Source: Pseudomonadota bacterium (GTDB lineage Bacteria; UBA10199; 2-02-FULL-44-16; DYJF01). From it: DNA of 64,000 nucleotides. The DNA is taken from positions 224,001 through 288,000 of the forward strand of contig JBDRBB010000008.1 in the NCBI GenBank assembly GCA_043823065.1, in the 5' to 3' direction. How positions within the stretch are numbered: the stretch's first letter is position 1; every line of letters starts with the position of its first letter. This document shows, piece after piece, positions 1 to 10,145 of this stretch. A program made the position numbers and the translations under genes. The notes beneath the pieces were generated by a model. It worked only from the letters and a program-made list of their open reading frames with translations, had not been told where the DNA came from and did no database searches.

Positions 1-234
1 AAATATAGTTATCAAGAATTTGGCATGCCTGCGGAGTTTAATTTAAATTATCCTGAAATGACTATTAACTTATTTGATGTGGATGGGAAAATGTTGCGTA
101 ATGTTAAAATATCTAGTTTAAATAGAAAGAATTACTGTTTTATATCTGATGGGATATACAAAGGAAAAATATTTATCATGGAACAGGTTAAGGCAAATGT
201 GACTGCTATATTACATCAGGTTTGTCAAAAATGA
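1..234 (+). CDS. 3' end of a hypothetical protein (partial, starts upstream of the window)
   Basis: Frame is open from base 1 (aaa tat agt tat caa gaa ttt ggc atg) to TGA at 232-234; it converges on the next gene with a 3 nt gap. Confidence 0.5.
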   Translation, partial: KYSYQEFGMPAEFNLNYPEMTINLFDVDGKMLRNVKISSLNRKNYCFISDGIYKGKIFIMEQVKANVTAILHQVCQK

Positions 235-237
235 ATG

Positions 238-2871
238 CTACCAAGTAAATCCCCCACCAACATTATAGGTCCAGTCATTTTTAGGTTGACCAGCATAATA
301 AGCCCCGGAAAAGGCAAATATTGACAGAAAAGAATTATGTAAAGATAATCTAAGTTCTCCCCCACCGCTCCAAGACCAATGTTTATCAAAATTTCGCATA
401 CTGCTCACAATGATATCACTTAAAGGTACAAGTTTAATATCCCACCAAAGAAAACCTAAATTTGGCTGATTAAGATCTGACCATATTGCGCCCGGTACTG
501 GAGGCGGGGTGTTTTTGTAAATGGTAATAGGAAATTCAAAATTAAATACGCCAAGATGAGGTTCGTAAAAGCTTGTTTTAGAAAAACCACGTAGGGTGAG
601 CGGGCGTTGCCTATAAATTGGCCATAATTGACCACCAGCAATCTGCCATAACAAGCCTTGATTATCCTTAAATGTGCTTTGTCCATGCGCGCCTAATTTC
701 AGCCCAATAATAGGAAATTTTTTTTCAAAAACAATGTCCCAATTAATAGTATGGAAAATCTTAGTTTCGTCTGAGGTTAAAAAGACTAAGGAATAAGTTA
801 CCTGGCTATTAAGTAGATTTGCTACTGTATATTGTAATTTAAGAGTTGGTCCAAGTAAGTTATGTCTTTGAGTCGAGATATTATCAGAAGTTATGGTCAA
901 ATATTTAATGCCTAAGCCCAAATCAAAGGTATTTACTAGGTTAAAGTTATGCGCAAATTCCATGGTGCCAGTATCTCGCCAGCCCAAACCAGTTAAAAGA
1001 GGTTCTACTTGGCGGTTGCCGATTAAGAGAAGATCATACAAGTCTAGGTTTATATCAAATTCAACATCTTTAGCTGAAATATCGTAACCTGCTGTGACTG
1101 CAATACTACTGGAGTTGTCATATTTATTTGCATCAAATGTTAATCCAGCTAAAAACCCTTTTGTTTCTGACCAAATAAAAGGAGATAGTTTAAATGACCA
1201 AACTTGTCGAGATGGCTCTTCACTGGATTCAAAGGTTAATTCAGATGAAGGTAACGGCGTTGTTGAATAATCATAAATTTGAGTATTTTGTTCATCATAA
1301 ATGTGAGACCTGATTGGCTGAGAGATATCTAAGGTTAGAATGAAAGAACCCTTTTTATTGAGCGCAGCTATTTTTAACTGATTACTGTTGCAGCTGGCAA
1401 TTGAAGTAAGGGGGAGCTCAGTTTCAAATAGGACGTGGTATTGCTTGCTGATCAGATCTAAATGATAGACCGCATATATATTTCCCTTTTTTACCAGAAA
1501 TATAATTCCTTTATTATCAAAAGTCCATTTGGGAGAATAAGTGTCAGAGGCTGTTTTTAAAACAGGGGCTGAGCTGTCATTAATCATGTCCCATAATAAA
1601 GCAGTACGCTTTGTGTTTTTATAATTCGCAACAGTTAGCAAAATTTGTTCATTTAAGGAAACCTTGGAAAAAGTTAAAATATCTGTCATTGGGAAGTTTG
1701 AACTTTTATATTTTAACCATAATTGCTTGGGGCCAGTCATTTCTAGCTTATAGATTTCATTTGATGTTAAAACCGCCAATACGTTTGAAAATGAGCTATA
1801 GCTAATATCTCTAATTTGAATTTGCTCATCAGATATGTTGGTCAGGGAAATTTCAACTTTCTTCTTTTGTTTATCTTGCAAAAAAGCCTTGTCTTGTTTT
1901 CTTGTTTTTTTGATAAAAGCCTGATCGATATTATCTATTTGATAGTTTGTTATTAAATTTCTAGACAATTTTTTTATTGTTCTTTGGGCTTGTTTTTCAA
2001 TTATTTGAATTGATCTAATTTGAGGTTCAGGTGATTTTTTTACAGCTTGAAGGTTGGTAATGTTTTCAAATACATTTATTTCATTTGGCCAATAATTTTT
2101 AATAAAAAAACTATTATCAGAAAAACCACCATTATTTTGCTTGTTTTTGCAGCTTGTTTTAAATTGTCGCCAGGTTGAACCCAAATTATTTAGAAAAGAT
2201 TGGCTTTCTTTGTTGATATATTTTTTATCAAAAAGATATTTAATGTATGCCAGCACGGCTTTTGGATTTTTTTGGTATTGCTCTTTTAGAAAGAGATAAT
2301 AGAGATTGGATAAGTTTTGTGCAGAACAAGCTGTTTGTTTAATGATGGTGTCATCAGGATATATCTCTTGGCTAAGTATCTCTTGTACTAGCAAGGAAAC
2401 GCCTGCAATAAAAGCGTCATCTTGTTCTAAGTGTTCGTGTGTTTTGGTTTGACCAGCTTGCAAACCAAACCAGCGGGAATGAATGTTTTTGTAAACAAGG
2501 TGTTTGCTAAGCAGATAATAGGCTAAATTATTGCGATAGCCAGGCAAGCCGTAAATTCTTTCCACAGGATAGTAATAGTCAGCATAACAAATGACATTGG
2601 CTAGCATAGGGTTGCTAGCCTTGTTAGCACACTTTTTTGCGGGAATAACTGAAATGCTTTCTAATGGTAATTTTAGTTCAAAATAACTGGCTAATTTCAA
2701 TAAGGCCTGATTAAAATTTGCAGTAATAATTTTTTCTTCTTTTTGGCTGAGATTAAATCCTTTGGTCACAATAAAGTTAACATTTTTTTTAGGTTCATCA
2801 CCAAAAACAGTGAATGAATAAAAAATGTAGCCTAACATATAAAAACATATTAAAAAACGCTTTAGGACCAT
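238..2871 (-). CDS. Omp85/BamA-like outer membrane protein with N-terminal peptidase-MA-like region and TolB-like beta-propeller
   Basis: Signal peptide; central propeller-like segment (YSPKWTFDNKGIIFL); C-terminal amphipathic strands with the LRGF lid motif (LTLRGFSK) and an aromatic end (YNVGGGFTW). Start overlaps the upstream stop (TAATG). Confidence 0.6.
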   Translation of the reverse strand: MVLKRFLICFYMLGYIFYSFTVFGDEPKKNVNFIVTKGFNLSQKEEKIITANFNQALLKLASYFELKLPLESISVIPAKKCANKASNPMLANVICYADYYYPVERIYGLPGYRNNLAYYLLSKHLVYKNIHSRWFGLQAGQTKTHEHLEQDDAFIAGVSLLVQEILSQEIYPDDTIIKQTACSAQNLSNLYYLFLKEQYQKNPKAVLAYIKYLFDKKYINKESQSFLNNLGSTWRQFKTSCKNKQNNGGFSDNSFFIKNYWPNEINVFENITNLQAVKKSPEPQIRSIQIIEKQAQRTIKKLSRNLITNYQIDNIDQAFIKKTRKQDKAFLQDKQKKKVEISLTNISDEQIQIRDISYSSFSNVLAVLTSNEIYKLEMTGPKQLWLKYKSSNFPMTDILTFSKVSLNEQILLTVANYKNTKRTALLWDMINDSSAPVLKTASDTYSPKWTFDNKGIIFLVKKGNIYAVYHLDLISKQYHVLFETELPLTSIASCNSNQLKIAALNKKGSFILTLDISQPIRSHIYDEQNTQIYDYSTTPLPSSELTFESSEEPSRQVWSFKLSPFIWSETKGFLAGLTFDANKYDNSSSIAVTAGYDISAKDVEFDINLDLYDLLLIGNRQVEPLLTGLGWRDTGTMEFAHNFNLVNTFDLGLGIKYLTITSDNISTQRHNLLGPTLKLQYTVANLLNSQVTYSLVFLTSDETKIFHTINWDIVFEKKFPIIGLKLGAHGQSTFKDNQGLLWQIAGGQLWPIYRQRPLTLRGFSKTSFYEPHLGVFNFEFPITIYKNTPPPVPGAIWSDLNQPNLGFLWWDIKLVPLSDIIVSSMRNFDKHWSWSGGGELRLSLHNSFLSIFAFSGAYYAGQPKNDWTYNVGGGFTW

Positions 2872-4466
2872 TAGTTGTTGTTATTATCTTTTTCTTCTAT
2901 TTTTTTAAGTAATTTTGGGTCAAGTTCTTTTTGTTCAAATTTGGCAATTAATGGTTTGAATTTTGGAATATCTTTAAGCAAAACCAAACCATATTCATCA
3001 GAATATACCAATTTCCACTCTGGTTGATTTAGTAAATATGAAGCAAGAGGTTTTTTCTTTTTAATATCTCCAACCGTAAAAATTATATAATCAATATCAT
3101 ATTTTTCTTTAAGTTTTTCAAAGACCGGGATTGCCTCTAAATATTTGGAAAAAACCACTAAATAATCTTGAAAAAGTTCAACTCCGTAAACATGGGTGCG
3201 TCCATCCATAAATATCTTTTCTTTAGGCCAACGCCTAAAAGATAGATAAGCGCCTAAAGGATAATTATGAAAGGGATGCCCATGTATATCATTTTCTTCA
3301 AGAAAATTCACCAATTCTTTAGGGGCTACGCCCCCACTTGCCTGCAAAGGATAGAATTTATCTTTTGTATCATAGCTTAATTTGAAAATAGTAAGCCAGG
3401 TTAAAAATAGCATAAAATATAAAAGCGATTTTTCATGCTTTATCTTAAAGTCTTTTAAATTATAGATTGTTATATAACAACCTAAAATAGCCAAATAAGG
3501 TGCAAAACGCACAGCTTTCCAATTTAAATAAAAAACAGCTAAAATACCTAGGGCATGTGATAGGCGGAAATGTTGACGATTACCAAAAAAACCAAATCCA
3601 ATAATAATAAGCGCTAAAGGTAAAAAATAGATATCTAGAAAAAATTTGGCGTGTTCAGAAAGCACAGGAACCCATTCTGATATATAACCTGTAAACTGAC
3701 GCAGTTCACCAAAAGTGCTTTGATAAGTATAAATGTAAGCTTCAAGTCCAAAAGGGTTAATTAAGCCGCCTAAAAAACATAATGCTATAACAATAGTGGT
3801 ATGAATTAAGAATTTTTTTGAAACAGAATCTTGTCTTTTGCTAAGAAAATCAATTAATTCCCCAAGCCAAAATAAGAATAAGACAACAAGGGATATTTTA
3901 GCTGCTCCATGCAGATTGAACCATAAAACATAAAGAGGAATAAGGTAATATAAGTATTTATAATTGTTTGTTTTTTGGCTTTTGGCCCAAATATAAATGA
4001 AAAAAGCAAAAAAGAAAAAAGACATGAGATGAGGGCGAGGTGTAAAACGGCTAGAACATACTAATAAAACCAAAGGAATTACTAGAATTGAATAAATGAT
4101 TTTTGAAGTATATAAACGAACAATTAATAATAAAGCAATTTCAAGTAATAAAATAAATGTTACTTGATATATAATTAAGCCGGCTGTTTCGCCAAAAATA
4201 TGGTAATAAAGATAGATAATCGATGCAGATAACCATTCCAAATTCACCCAGTATGTTCCACTGGCAGTGTAGGAGAGAAGCTCGTGTTTAGCAAAACTGA
4301 GATTAGTAAATATTATTTCACCTAATTTAATAAGCCAATATGTGTCAAAGCTTGGATTGCGATGGATGCCAAAAATACAAGCTGTAATCACAAGGTATAA
4401 AAATAATATTAGATATTGGGCCTTGGAAAGTTTTTGTATATCTTGATTTAAATTGTAATGACTCAT
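2871..4466 (-). CDS. GT-C-fold-like polytopic membrane protein (putative glycosyltransferase)
   Basis: About 11-13 hydrophobic segments; acidic first loop (FDTYW), RP, WFNLHG, INPFG, ISEW, and a soluble C-terminal domain with GAYL...KIFMDGR. Paralog of 4494..6017. Confidence 0.65.
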   Translation of the reverse strand: MSHYNLNQDIQKLSKAQYLILFLYLVITACIFGIHRNPSFDTYWLIKLGEIIFTNLSFAKHELLSYTASGTYWVNLEWLSASIIYLYYHIFGETAGLIIYQVTFILLLEIALLLIVRLYTSKIIYSILVIPLVLLVCSSRFTPRPHLMSFFFFAFFIYIWAKSQKTNNYKYLYYLIPLYVLWFNLHGAAKISLVVLFLFWLGELIDFLSKRQDSVSKKFLIHTTIVIALCFLGGLINPFGLEAYIYTYQSTFGELRQFTGYISEWVPVLSEHAKFFLDIYFLPLALIIIGFGFFGNRQHFRLSHALGILAVFYLNWKAVRFAPYLAILGCYITIYNLKDFKIKHEKSLLYFMLFLTWLTIFKLSYDTKDKFYPLQASGGVAPKELVNFLEENDIHGHPFHNYPLGAYLSFRRWPKEKIFMDGRTHVYGVELFQDYLVVFSKYLEAIPVFEKLKEKYDIDYIIFTVGDIKKKKPLASYLLNQPEWKLVYSDEYGLVLLKDIPKFKPLIAKFEQKELDPKLLKKIEEKDNNNN

Positions 4467-4473
4467 GAATCTC

Positions 4474-4487
4474 TTTATTATAATAAA
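4474..4487. promoter_or_regulatory. Palindromic bidirectional -10 element (TTTATTATAATAAA)
   Basis: Perfect 14 bp palindrome with TATAAT on both strands (4479-4484 +, 4477-4482 -), centred in the 27 bp gap between divergent starts at 4466 and 4494. Confidence 0.55.
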
Positions 4488-4493
4488 AGCATT

Positions 4494-6017
4494 ATGAATA
4501 CCAAGTTAAATTTTATTAAATCTAGCTTGTTTTGGATACTTATAGCTGCTGCCTTAGCATTTCTCTATGGCTGGATACCGGTGGTTTCTTATGATATGGC
4601 TTCGCGCGCTCTTTTGGGCGGAACTATATTGGCAGATTGGTCAAATATGCAATATGACCATTTTACCTATACTGCTGCAGGAACTTATTACGTTAATAGT
4701 GAATGGTTGTGTGATGTAATTATTTATTTATTGGAGAAGGTTGTGGGGCAGGCTGGATATCTTTTATTTAGAGTGATAAACATTTTTTTCTTTGGTTTGT
4801 CTTTGATTTTAATAATCAGGCTTTATACTAAGAATGTTATTTATATTATTTTTGCTGTTTTAATGGTTTTTTCAGTCTCTGCTGACCGCTTTGCCCAGGT
4901 GGGACCGGCCCTGGTTACTTATGCCTTATTTGGTTATTATCTCTATTTTTGGGAGGTAGCTAGACTAAGGAACAACTCAAAATTTTTATATGCCATTGTT
5001 CCCATTCATTGGTTTTGGTTTAATTGTCATGGCGGAGCATTATTAGGGTTAGGTGTAATTGGAGCCATGGCTGTAGGAGAAGTTTTAGGCAGTGTTTTTA
5101 AATTACAACAAGATTTTAATAAGAAGTTAGTTATAAATACTTTTATAGTTATTGGGCTATGTTTGTTGGTGGCTTTAATTAATCCCTATGGCCTAAATTC
5201 CTATTATTATTCGTTTGAAATGGTTTTTGGAGATATGGGTTCTGTAGTAAGAGAAGTTTTAATAGAATGGCATCCGGTTATTAGCGATTATGCCAAAAGC
5301 TATACTATGGTCCTGTTTTTACCCTTGGTTTTATTTGGGCTGGCTTTTAGCTTTATTAAAGCAGCGCATTATTTTCGTTTAGCTCATATTTTTGGGCTGA
5401 TTCCAACTTTGTATTTGGGTTTTACAGGAATTAGGGAGATTCCAGAGTTGGCAACCATAAGTGTATTAGTAATGAGCTATAATTTTTTTTCAAATAAACA
5501 AGAATTGGGAATAAACAAAAAAAGAGTTTTGAGTGGCTTGATTTTAGTTTTAAGTATTTTTTTAATAGGTTATGCGGTATTAGGATATCGAGCTAAGTAT
5601 GCTAAATGGGATGTTTTTACAATTGTAGAAACAGATTTTGAACCAAAAGAAGCAGTAGATTTTTTGGACAAAAATAATATTCATGGCAAAGGATTTAATG
5701 GTTTCTATACCGGTCCATATTTAGAAGTTAGGCGTTGGCCTAAAGACCAAGTATTTGTAGATGGCAGACTGCATCTTTTTGATAAAGCTTTCCATAAACA
5801 ATACTTTAACTTATATAAAACTCAATATCCAGGTGAGGTTTTTGATAAATTTGATCAAAAGTGGAATTTTGATTACGTGATCTTATCTAAACGAGATGTA
5901 AAGATGAATCCATATCTTTTAGAATACTTTAAAGCTTCTTCAGGTTGGAACCAGGTTTTTGAAGATGCCAAGGGTTGGGTGTTTTTGAAGAATCCAAAAT
6001 TCCTTTCAATTGACTAA
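4494..6017 (+). CDS. GT-C-fold-like polytopic membrane protein (putative glycosyltransferase)
   Basis: Shares YTAxGTYxVNxEWL, WFNxHG, INPxG, EWxPVxS and RRWPKxxxFxDGR motifs with 2871..4466. Start moved from 4458 to ATG 4494 to avoid head-to-head overlap. Confidence 0.65.
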   Translation: MNTKLNFIKSSLFWILIAAALAFLYGWIPVVSYDMASRALLGGTILADWSNMQYDHFTYTAAGTYYVNSEWLCDVIIYLLEKVVGQAGYLLFRVINIFFFGLSLILIIRLYTKNVIYIIFAVLMVFSVSADRFAQVGPALVTYALFGYYLYFWEVARLRNNSKFLYAIVPIHWFWFNCHGGALLGLGVIGAMAVGEVLGSVFKLQQDFNKKLVINTFIVIGLCLLVALINPYGLNSYYYSFEMVFGDMGSVVREVLIEWHPVISDYAKSYTMVLFLPLVLFGLAFSFIKAAHYFRLAHIFGLIPTLYLGFTGIREIPELATISVLVMSYNFFSNKQELGINKKRVLSGLILVLSIFLIGYAVLGYRAKYAKWDVFTIVETDFEPKEAVDFLDKNNIHGKGFNGFYTGPYLEVRRWPKDQVFVDGRLHLFDKAFHKQYFNLYKTQYPGEVFDKFDQKWNFDYVILSKRDVKMNPYLLEYFKASSGWNQVFEDAKGWVFLKNPKFLSID

Positions 6018-6045
6018 CTAAGCTACTTAAGTTAAAAAGTTATCT

Positions 6046-6606
6046 ATGTCTGCAGCATGGTTAAATAAAGTTAGTTTTGTGTTTTTTTTGCTGGTTTTAG
6101 TTGCCACTTTAAGTAGGTCTAATATTAGTAAGGGGCAATCATTTGCTGCCAGTGCTGATGTAAGTTCCTCCTTATCTATATCTTTAGAGGGGGGGCGCAA
6201 TTATCGGGGAAGAGATACCAGAATTTTTAATAATAATCTAAATTTTGGTAGCGTGTCATTTCTTAATCCAGATCTAATTAACAATGGTGATGCTTTTTTG
6301 GAGAACTCATATTTAATTCTAGAAGCAACCTTAAAAATGACTATTGTTGGTAATGGTTATACCCAGGGGCAAATTTTGGCCAACAGGCAAATTTCAACTT
6401 CAGAAACATTTTCTAAAGTAAGATCCTCAACTAGCGATCTTGGCACGGAAAATAGCATTGATATTTTATTTGAACCAAGTGTAACTCAAATAAAAACGTT
6501 TGATACTAATACCACAGAGCTTTCTATTAGGTTTTTATATTATATTGATCGTTCGCAATCAGGTAGTTTTGCAGATACGATTAACCTAACCGCTTTAGCT
6601 ACTTAA
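6046..6606 (+). CDS. Putative chaperone-usher-type pilin subunit
   Basis: Signal peptide, Ser/Thr/Asn-rich beta-type sequence, LNFG motif and C-terminal GSFADTINLT resembling the GxYxDT...T strand of Csu/spore-coat-U-type pilins; first gene of a chaperone/usher-like operon. Confidence 0.5.
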   Translation: MSAAWLNKVSFVFFLLVLVATLSRSNISKGQSFAASADVSSSLSISLEGGRNYRGRDTRIFNNNLNFGSVSFLNPDLINNGDAFLENSYLILEATLKMTIVGNGYTQGQILANRQISTSETFSKVRSSTSDLGTENSIDILFEPSVTQIKTFDTNTTELSIRFLYYIDRSQSGSFADTINLTALAT

Positions 6607-6624
6607 GATATTTTTTAGAGGTGA

Positions 6625-7530
6625 TTGCCAATGGTATATAAAAGAGTTTTTGCTATTTTAGTATTAATTGGGTGTTTATTTAGCATAAATTTCTCAACTT
6701 TGGCCCAAGAAAGTGATTTGTTTAAGCTATTGAAGAAAGAGCAAGGTGCGGGTTCTGAGGGGGGAGCTACTTCTATTGGAGTTTCTCCAGTAGTGCGTAG
6801 AATGAATTTCCATCCAGGTGCTTTGGAAAAATTTGATTTTCGGGTAAGTAACCAAAGTACCAAATATATGCTAGTAAAAGTAAGTATTGGCGGAGCATTA
6901 TATAGCGATGGAAACATAAAAAGCGCTATGATTAGTGATTTACCTCAAGATAATTTAGCGCGTTGGACTAAACCTCTAAATAATGATGTTTTACTGCCGC
7001 CAAAATCAGCTAAACAATTTTATTTTAACACTCATGTGCCTAAAACAGCCAAAGGAACTAATCCCATGTTTCTTATGTTTTCTGGTTCAGTTGTAAAAAA
7101 TCCAGTGGAAGCTAAACGAGATCCTAGTAAGGTTATAGCAGGTGTGGGTTATAGTGCAGGTGTATCAGCTTTGTTATATGCAGATATAGTAGGAAAAACA
7201 GCATATAAGCTAGACTGGCTGAAAACAGATGTGATAGTAAAAGACAATTCTGTAAAAGCTGTAATTAATGTGAAAAATGTTGGTACGGGAAATTTAAAAT
7301 TACAGGCCTGGGGCACTGTTTTAAAAAGCGCTGAAAAAAAACCATTAGCATTATTGCGTAGAAATGTGCCTCAGGGAATATTTCCAGGTCAAACTTTAGA
7401 TATTGAAAGTGATTGGTCTAGTAAACAATTGCCAGATGGAAATTATAAATTGATGCTGGTTATTTCTGAAAAGGATAGAAAACTAGATGATATATATAAA
7501 GAAGTTTTGTTTAGTATTCCTGCCCGTTAA
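6625..7530 (+). CDS. Putative periplasmic pilus assembly chaperone (two Ig-like domains)
   Basis: Signal peptide; GVSP...G...FRVSN start of domain 1; VKNVGTGNL, IFPGQ and LPDGNYKL patterns typical of PapD-like/EcpB-like chaperone domain 2. Confidence 0.6.
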   Translation: MPMVYKRVFAILVLIGCLFSINFSTLAQESDLFKLLKKEQGAGSEGGATSIGVSPVVRRMNFHPGALEKFDFRVSNQSTKYMLVKVSIGGALYSDGNIKSAMISDLPQDNLARWTKPLNNDVLLPPKSAKQFYFNTHVPKTAKGTNPMFLMFSGSVVKNPVEAKRDPSKVIAGVGYSAGVSALLYADIVGKTAYKLDWLKTDVIVKDNSVKAVINVKNVGTGNLKLQAWGTVLKSAEKKPLALLRRNVPQGIFPGQTLDIESDWSSKQLPDGNYKLMLVISEKDRKLDDIYKEVLFSIPAR

Positions 7531-10143
7531 TCTGCTTGTTTTATCTTGTTTTCTCATAGCTTCAATGGCTTGGGCACAAGACGCTGAAGGACCATATCCA
7601 GAAAAAAAAAGCGTGAAATTTATTTAGATTCTGGAGATATAGCTTATCTAGAAATATATCCTGTAAATCATTTTACTGTTGAAAATACTGGTGTGGCTAG
7701 CGCTGAATATATTGATAATAGACTGGCGGTTACTGGTAAAATACCAGGTTCAACTTATTTAATGATTTGGACCCCGTCAGGTTTAGAGATTTTTAATGTT
7801 ATTGTTGGAGTTGGTTCTGGAAGGTTTGTGCTTAATTCCAGGATGCCCCGTTCTATTTCTGCTGAGACCAGCGTTATTACTAATATAAATGAAGCTGGTA
7901 AAATTCAAGAACCATCAATTTTACACAATATTTATGCGCAATATCAGTTTCATGAAACCACTCGTTTTGAAGCAGACGCATTTATAAGAAGACTTTCCCA
8001 TGATAAATATCGTTTTGATATCAGAACTATTGGGCTAGATTTTTTAAAAAGCGGTTGGGAGGCTAGACTGGGAGATACTCAATTGGTGGGTGCAGAGCAA
8101 GGAGGCTTAAATTTACGGGGAGCTAATGTAACTTATACTATAAACAATGAAAAAGGCAGGCAGTATAAAATTGGAGTTAGTGGCGGAATGGTTAATGAAC
8201 AATCATATGACTATTTGGACATCAGCGATTTTTTTAGCGGTAATAGTGCATTTGGTGGAAGATTAGAAATAGATCAAGAGGATTTTAATATAGATTTGGG
8301 CTTAAACGCTTATTATGATAAAGATGAGCATGATTGGACTGCCTTGGCCTCAATTGATGAATTGTGGTGGCCGGTTAAGCAAGTTAGGATTGGGGCAAAA
8401 GGTATAAGTTTTAAAGGAAAAAACAGAGCAAATCTGAATACTTATATTGACACTGATTTGATCAATCTTCAAGCCAGCTATAATTTTATTCAAGAAGGGT
8501 TTACAGGTTTTGGCGTTGGTCAAGAGCTACCCCAGGAACACAACTATAATTTGTATATTACTGAAAAAATAATCCCAGAATTTGGTCTATATCAACAAGC
8601 TTATCAAGCTTTTTCTCTTTACGATACAGCGAGTTATTATCAAAAAGGTAGATCATTAACTATGGGTGGTGGCTTTCTTTTTTTTATAGGTAATGTTCGT
8701 GGCAGGCTTGGTTTTAAACATTATCAGGCAAATTCTAGTTCAACCACCAGTGGTCAGCAGCTAGGCACGTCTAGAACCCTAAAAGAACAGTGGGAGACCG
8801 TCTGGCACTGGTTTCCCAAGCAACAGCACACTTTTCGGTTTGAATTTTATGAAGCTTTTGAAAAAACTGAAGGTGCTAATCCTACAGGTTGGGATGTGGT
8901 TAATAATTTATTTCTTTTTTATAAGTGGAAACCAACTGATCGTTTCACCTTGCAATATGAAATTAGAGCTCGTTTTTTTCCAGATTTTCTGAAATTTAAT
9001 CAAGCAAGCACCCAATTTAGTGTAATTATGTATAATAAACAATGGAGAGTTGGTTCTACGCTTCTTTTTGCCAGTTATAATGGAGGGGATTATCACGAGT
9101 CGCGCGAAGAGCTTTTTGCCTATCGTCCATTGGGCAATTTTTTTGATATTGGTTTTAGAACCTTGTTTTATCAATATTTTAGACAAAACCAGTCAGTACA
9201 AAGCGCTCAAACCATTTTTTTTAATCTTGGGGTAAGGGTGCCATTAGGTCGAATTAAACCACTAGAAGCAGAGAGATATCACGATTATTTAAATGAAAAA
9301 GAAATCGAGCATAAAATAATTGCTGTTTTTGACAAAAATCAAAGTTTGAGCCTGGAAAAAGGCGAGAAAAAACTAGCTGGTATTGAATTTATGATTGAAG
9401 GGAAAAAATATAAAACAGGTTCAGATGGATCCTTAACTTTTAAATCAGCCAATAAAACAGTAACTATTGAATTATTAAGTGGTTCTATTCCAAAAGGAAT
9501 GGAATTGTTAAATCCAGCAATAATAACTCCAATTAATATGATAGACAAAGAGACCATATATTATTTTGCAGAACAATCTAGTTCGCTTATTATTAAGGCC
9601 TATGCTAAAGATTGGGATAGTGCTGAATTGCCTATTCATGGAATTATGTTTATGCTTTATGATCTAAAGTCTAATAAATTAATTAGTAAAGTTAGTTTAG
9701 AAGGCGGTTGGGGAGTGGCCTATGTGCCAGTAAATATAAAAGAAGTTGCTGTTAAGGTGGATCTAGATTCAATTGCTAAAAAATATAAATTTGATGCTGA
9801 TGAAAAGGATATATTCTTAACGGACCAACAGACAAATGAAATTACTTTTATTGCAGAAACTCTTTACAAAGTTGTTGGCAAGATTTCCTTTAAAGGATGG
9901 AATAAAGAAGAGATAGATAAATTGCGTAAAAATATTTATATAACACTTGGTGAACATAAGATTCAAATAGGCGCTGATAATTTCTATTATTTAGAGGGAG
10001 TAAAGGTCGGCGAATATGAATTAAAATTAAATGGCATTCCTTCTAATATATTGTCATCAGAAAGTGATATTTCCAGAACCGTTGAAATAGGCGGCTTGTC
10101 TACAGATGTGGGCTTGCCAGAACTGCAAGTCATTAAGAGGTAA
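7487..10143 (+). CDS. Usher-like outer membrane protein with N-terminal pilus-formation Ig domain and C-terminal SdrD-B/CnaB-like domains; frameshift at A9 (7602-7610)
   Basis: ATG 7487 gives a signal peptide (MIYIKKFCLVFLPVNLLVLSCFLIASMAWA-QD) that joins the 7693..10143 frame if one A is added at A9. It then reads IYLDSGD...VASAE...VTGKIPGSTYLMIW, a long beta-barrel region (RLGD...LRGA), and FDKN...EKGEKKLAGI...KTGSDG. Confidence 0.55.
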
Positions 10144-10145
10144 TT

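Noticed and set aside
4458..4493. Start at 4458 for the + strand GT-C gene
   Set aside because: It would overlap the divergent gene head to head; ATG 4494 fits the palindromic -10 element.
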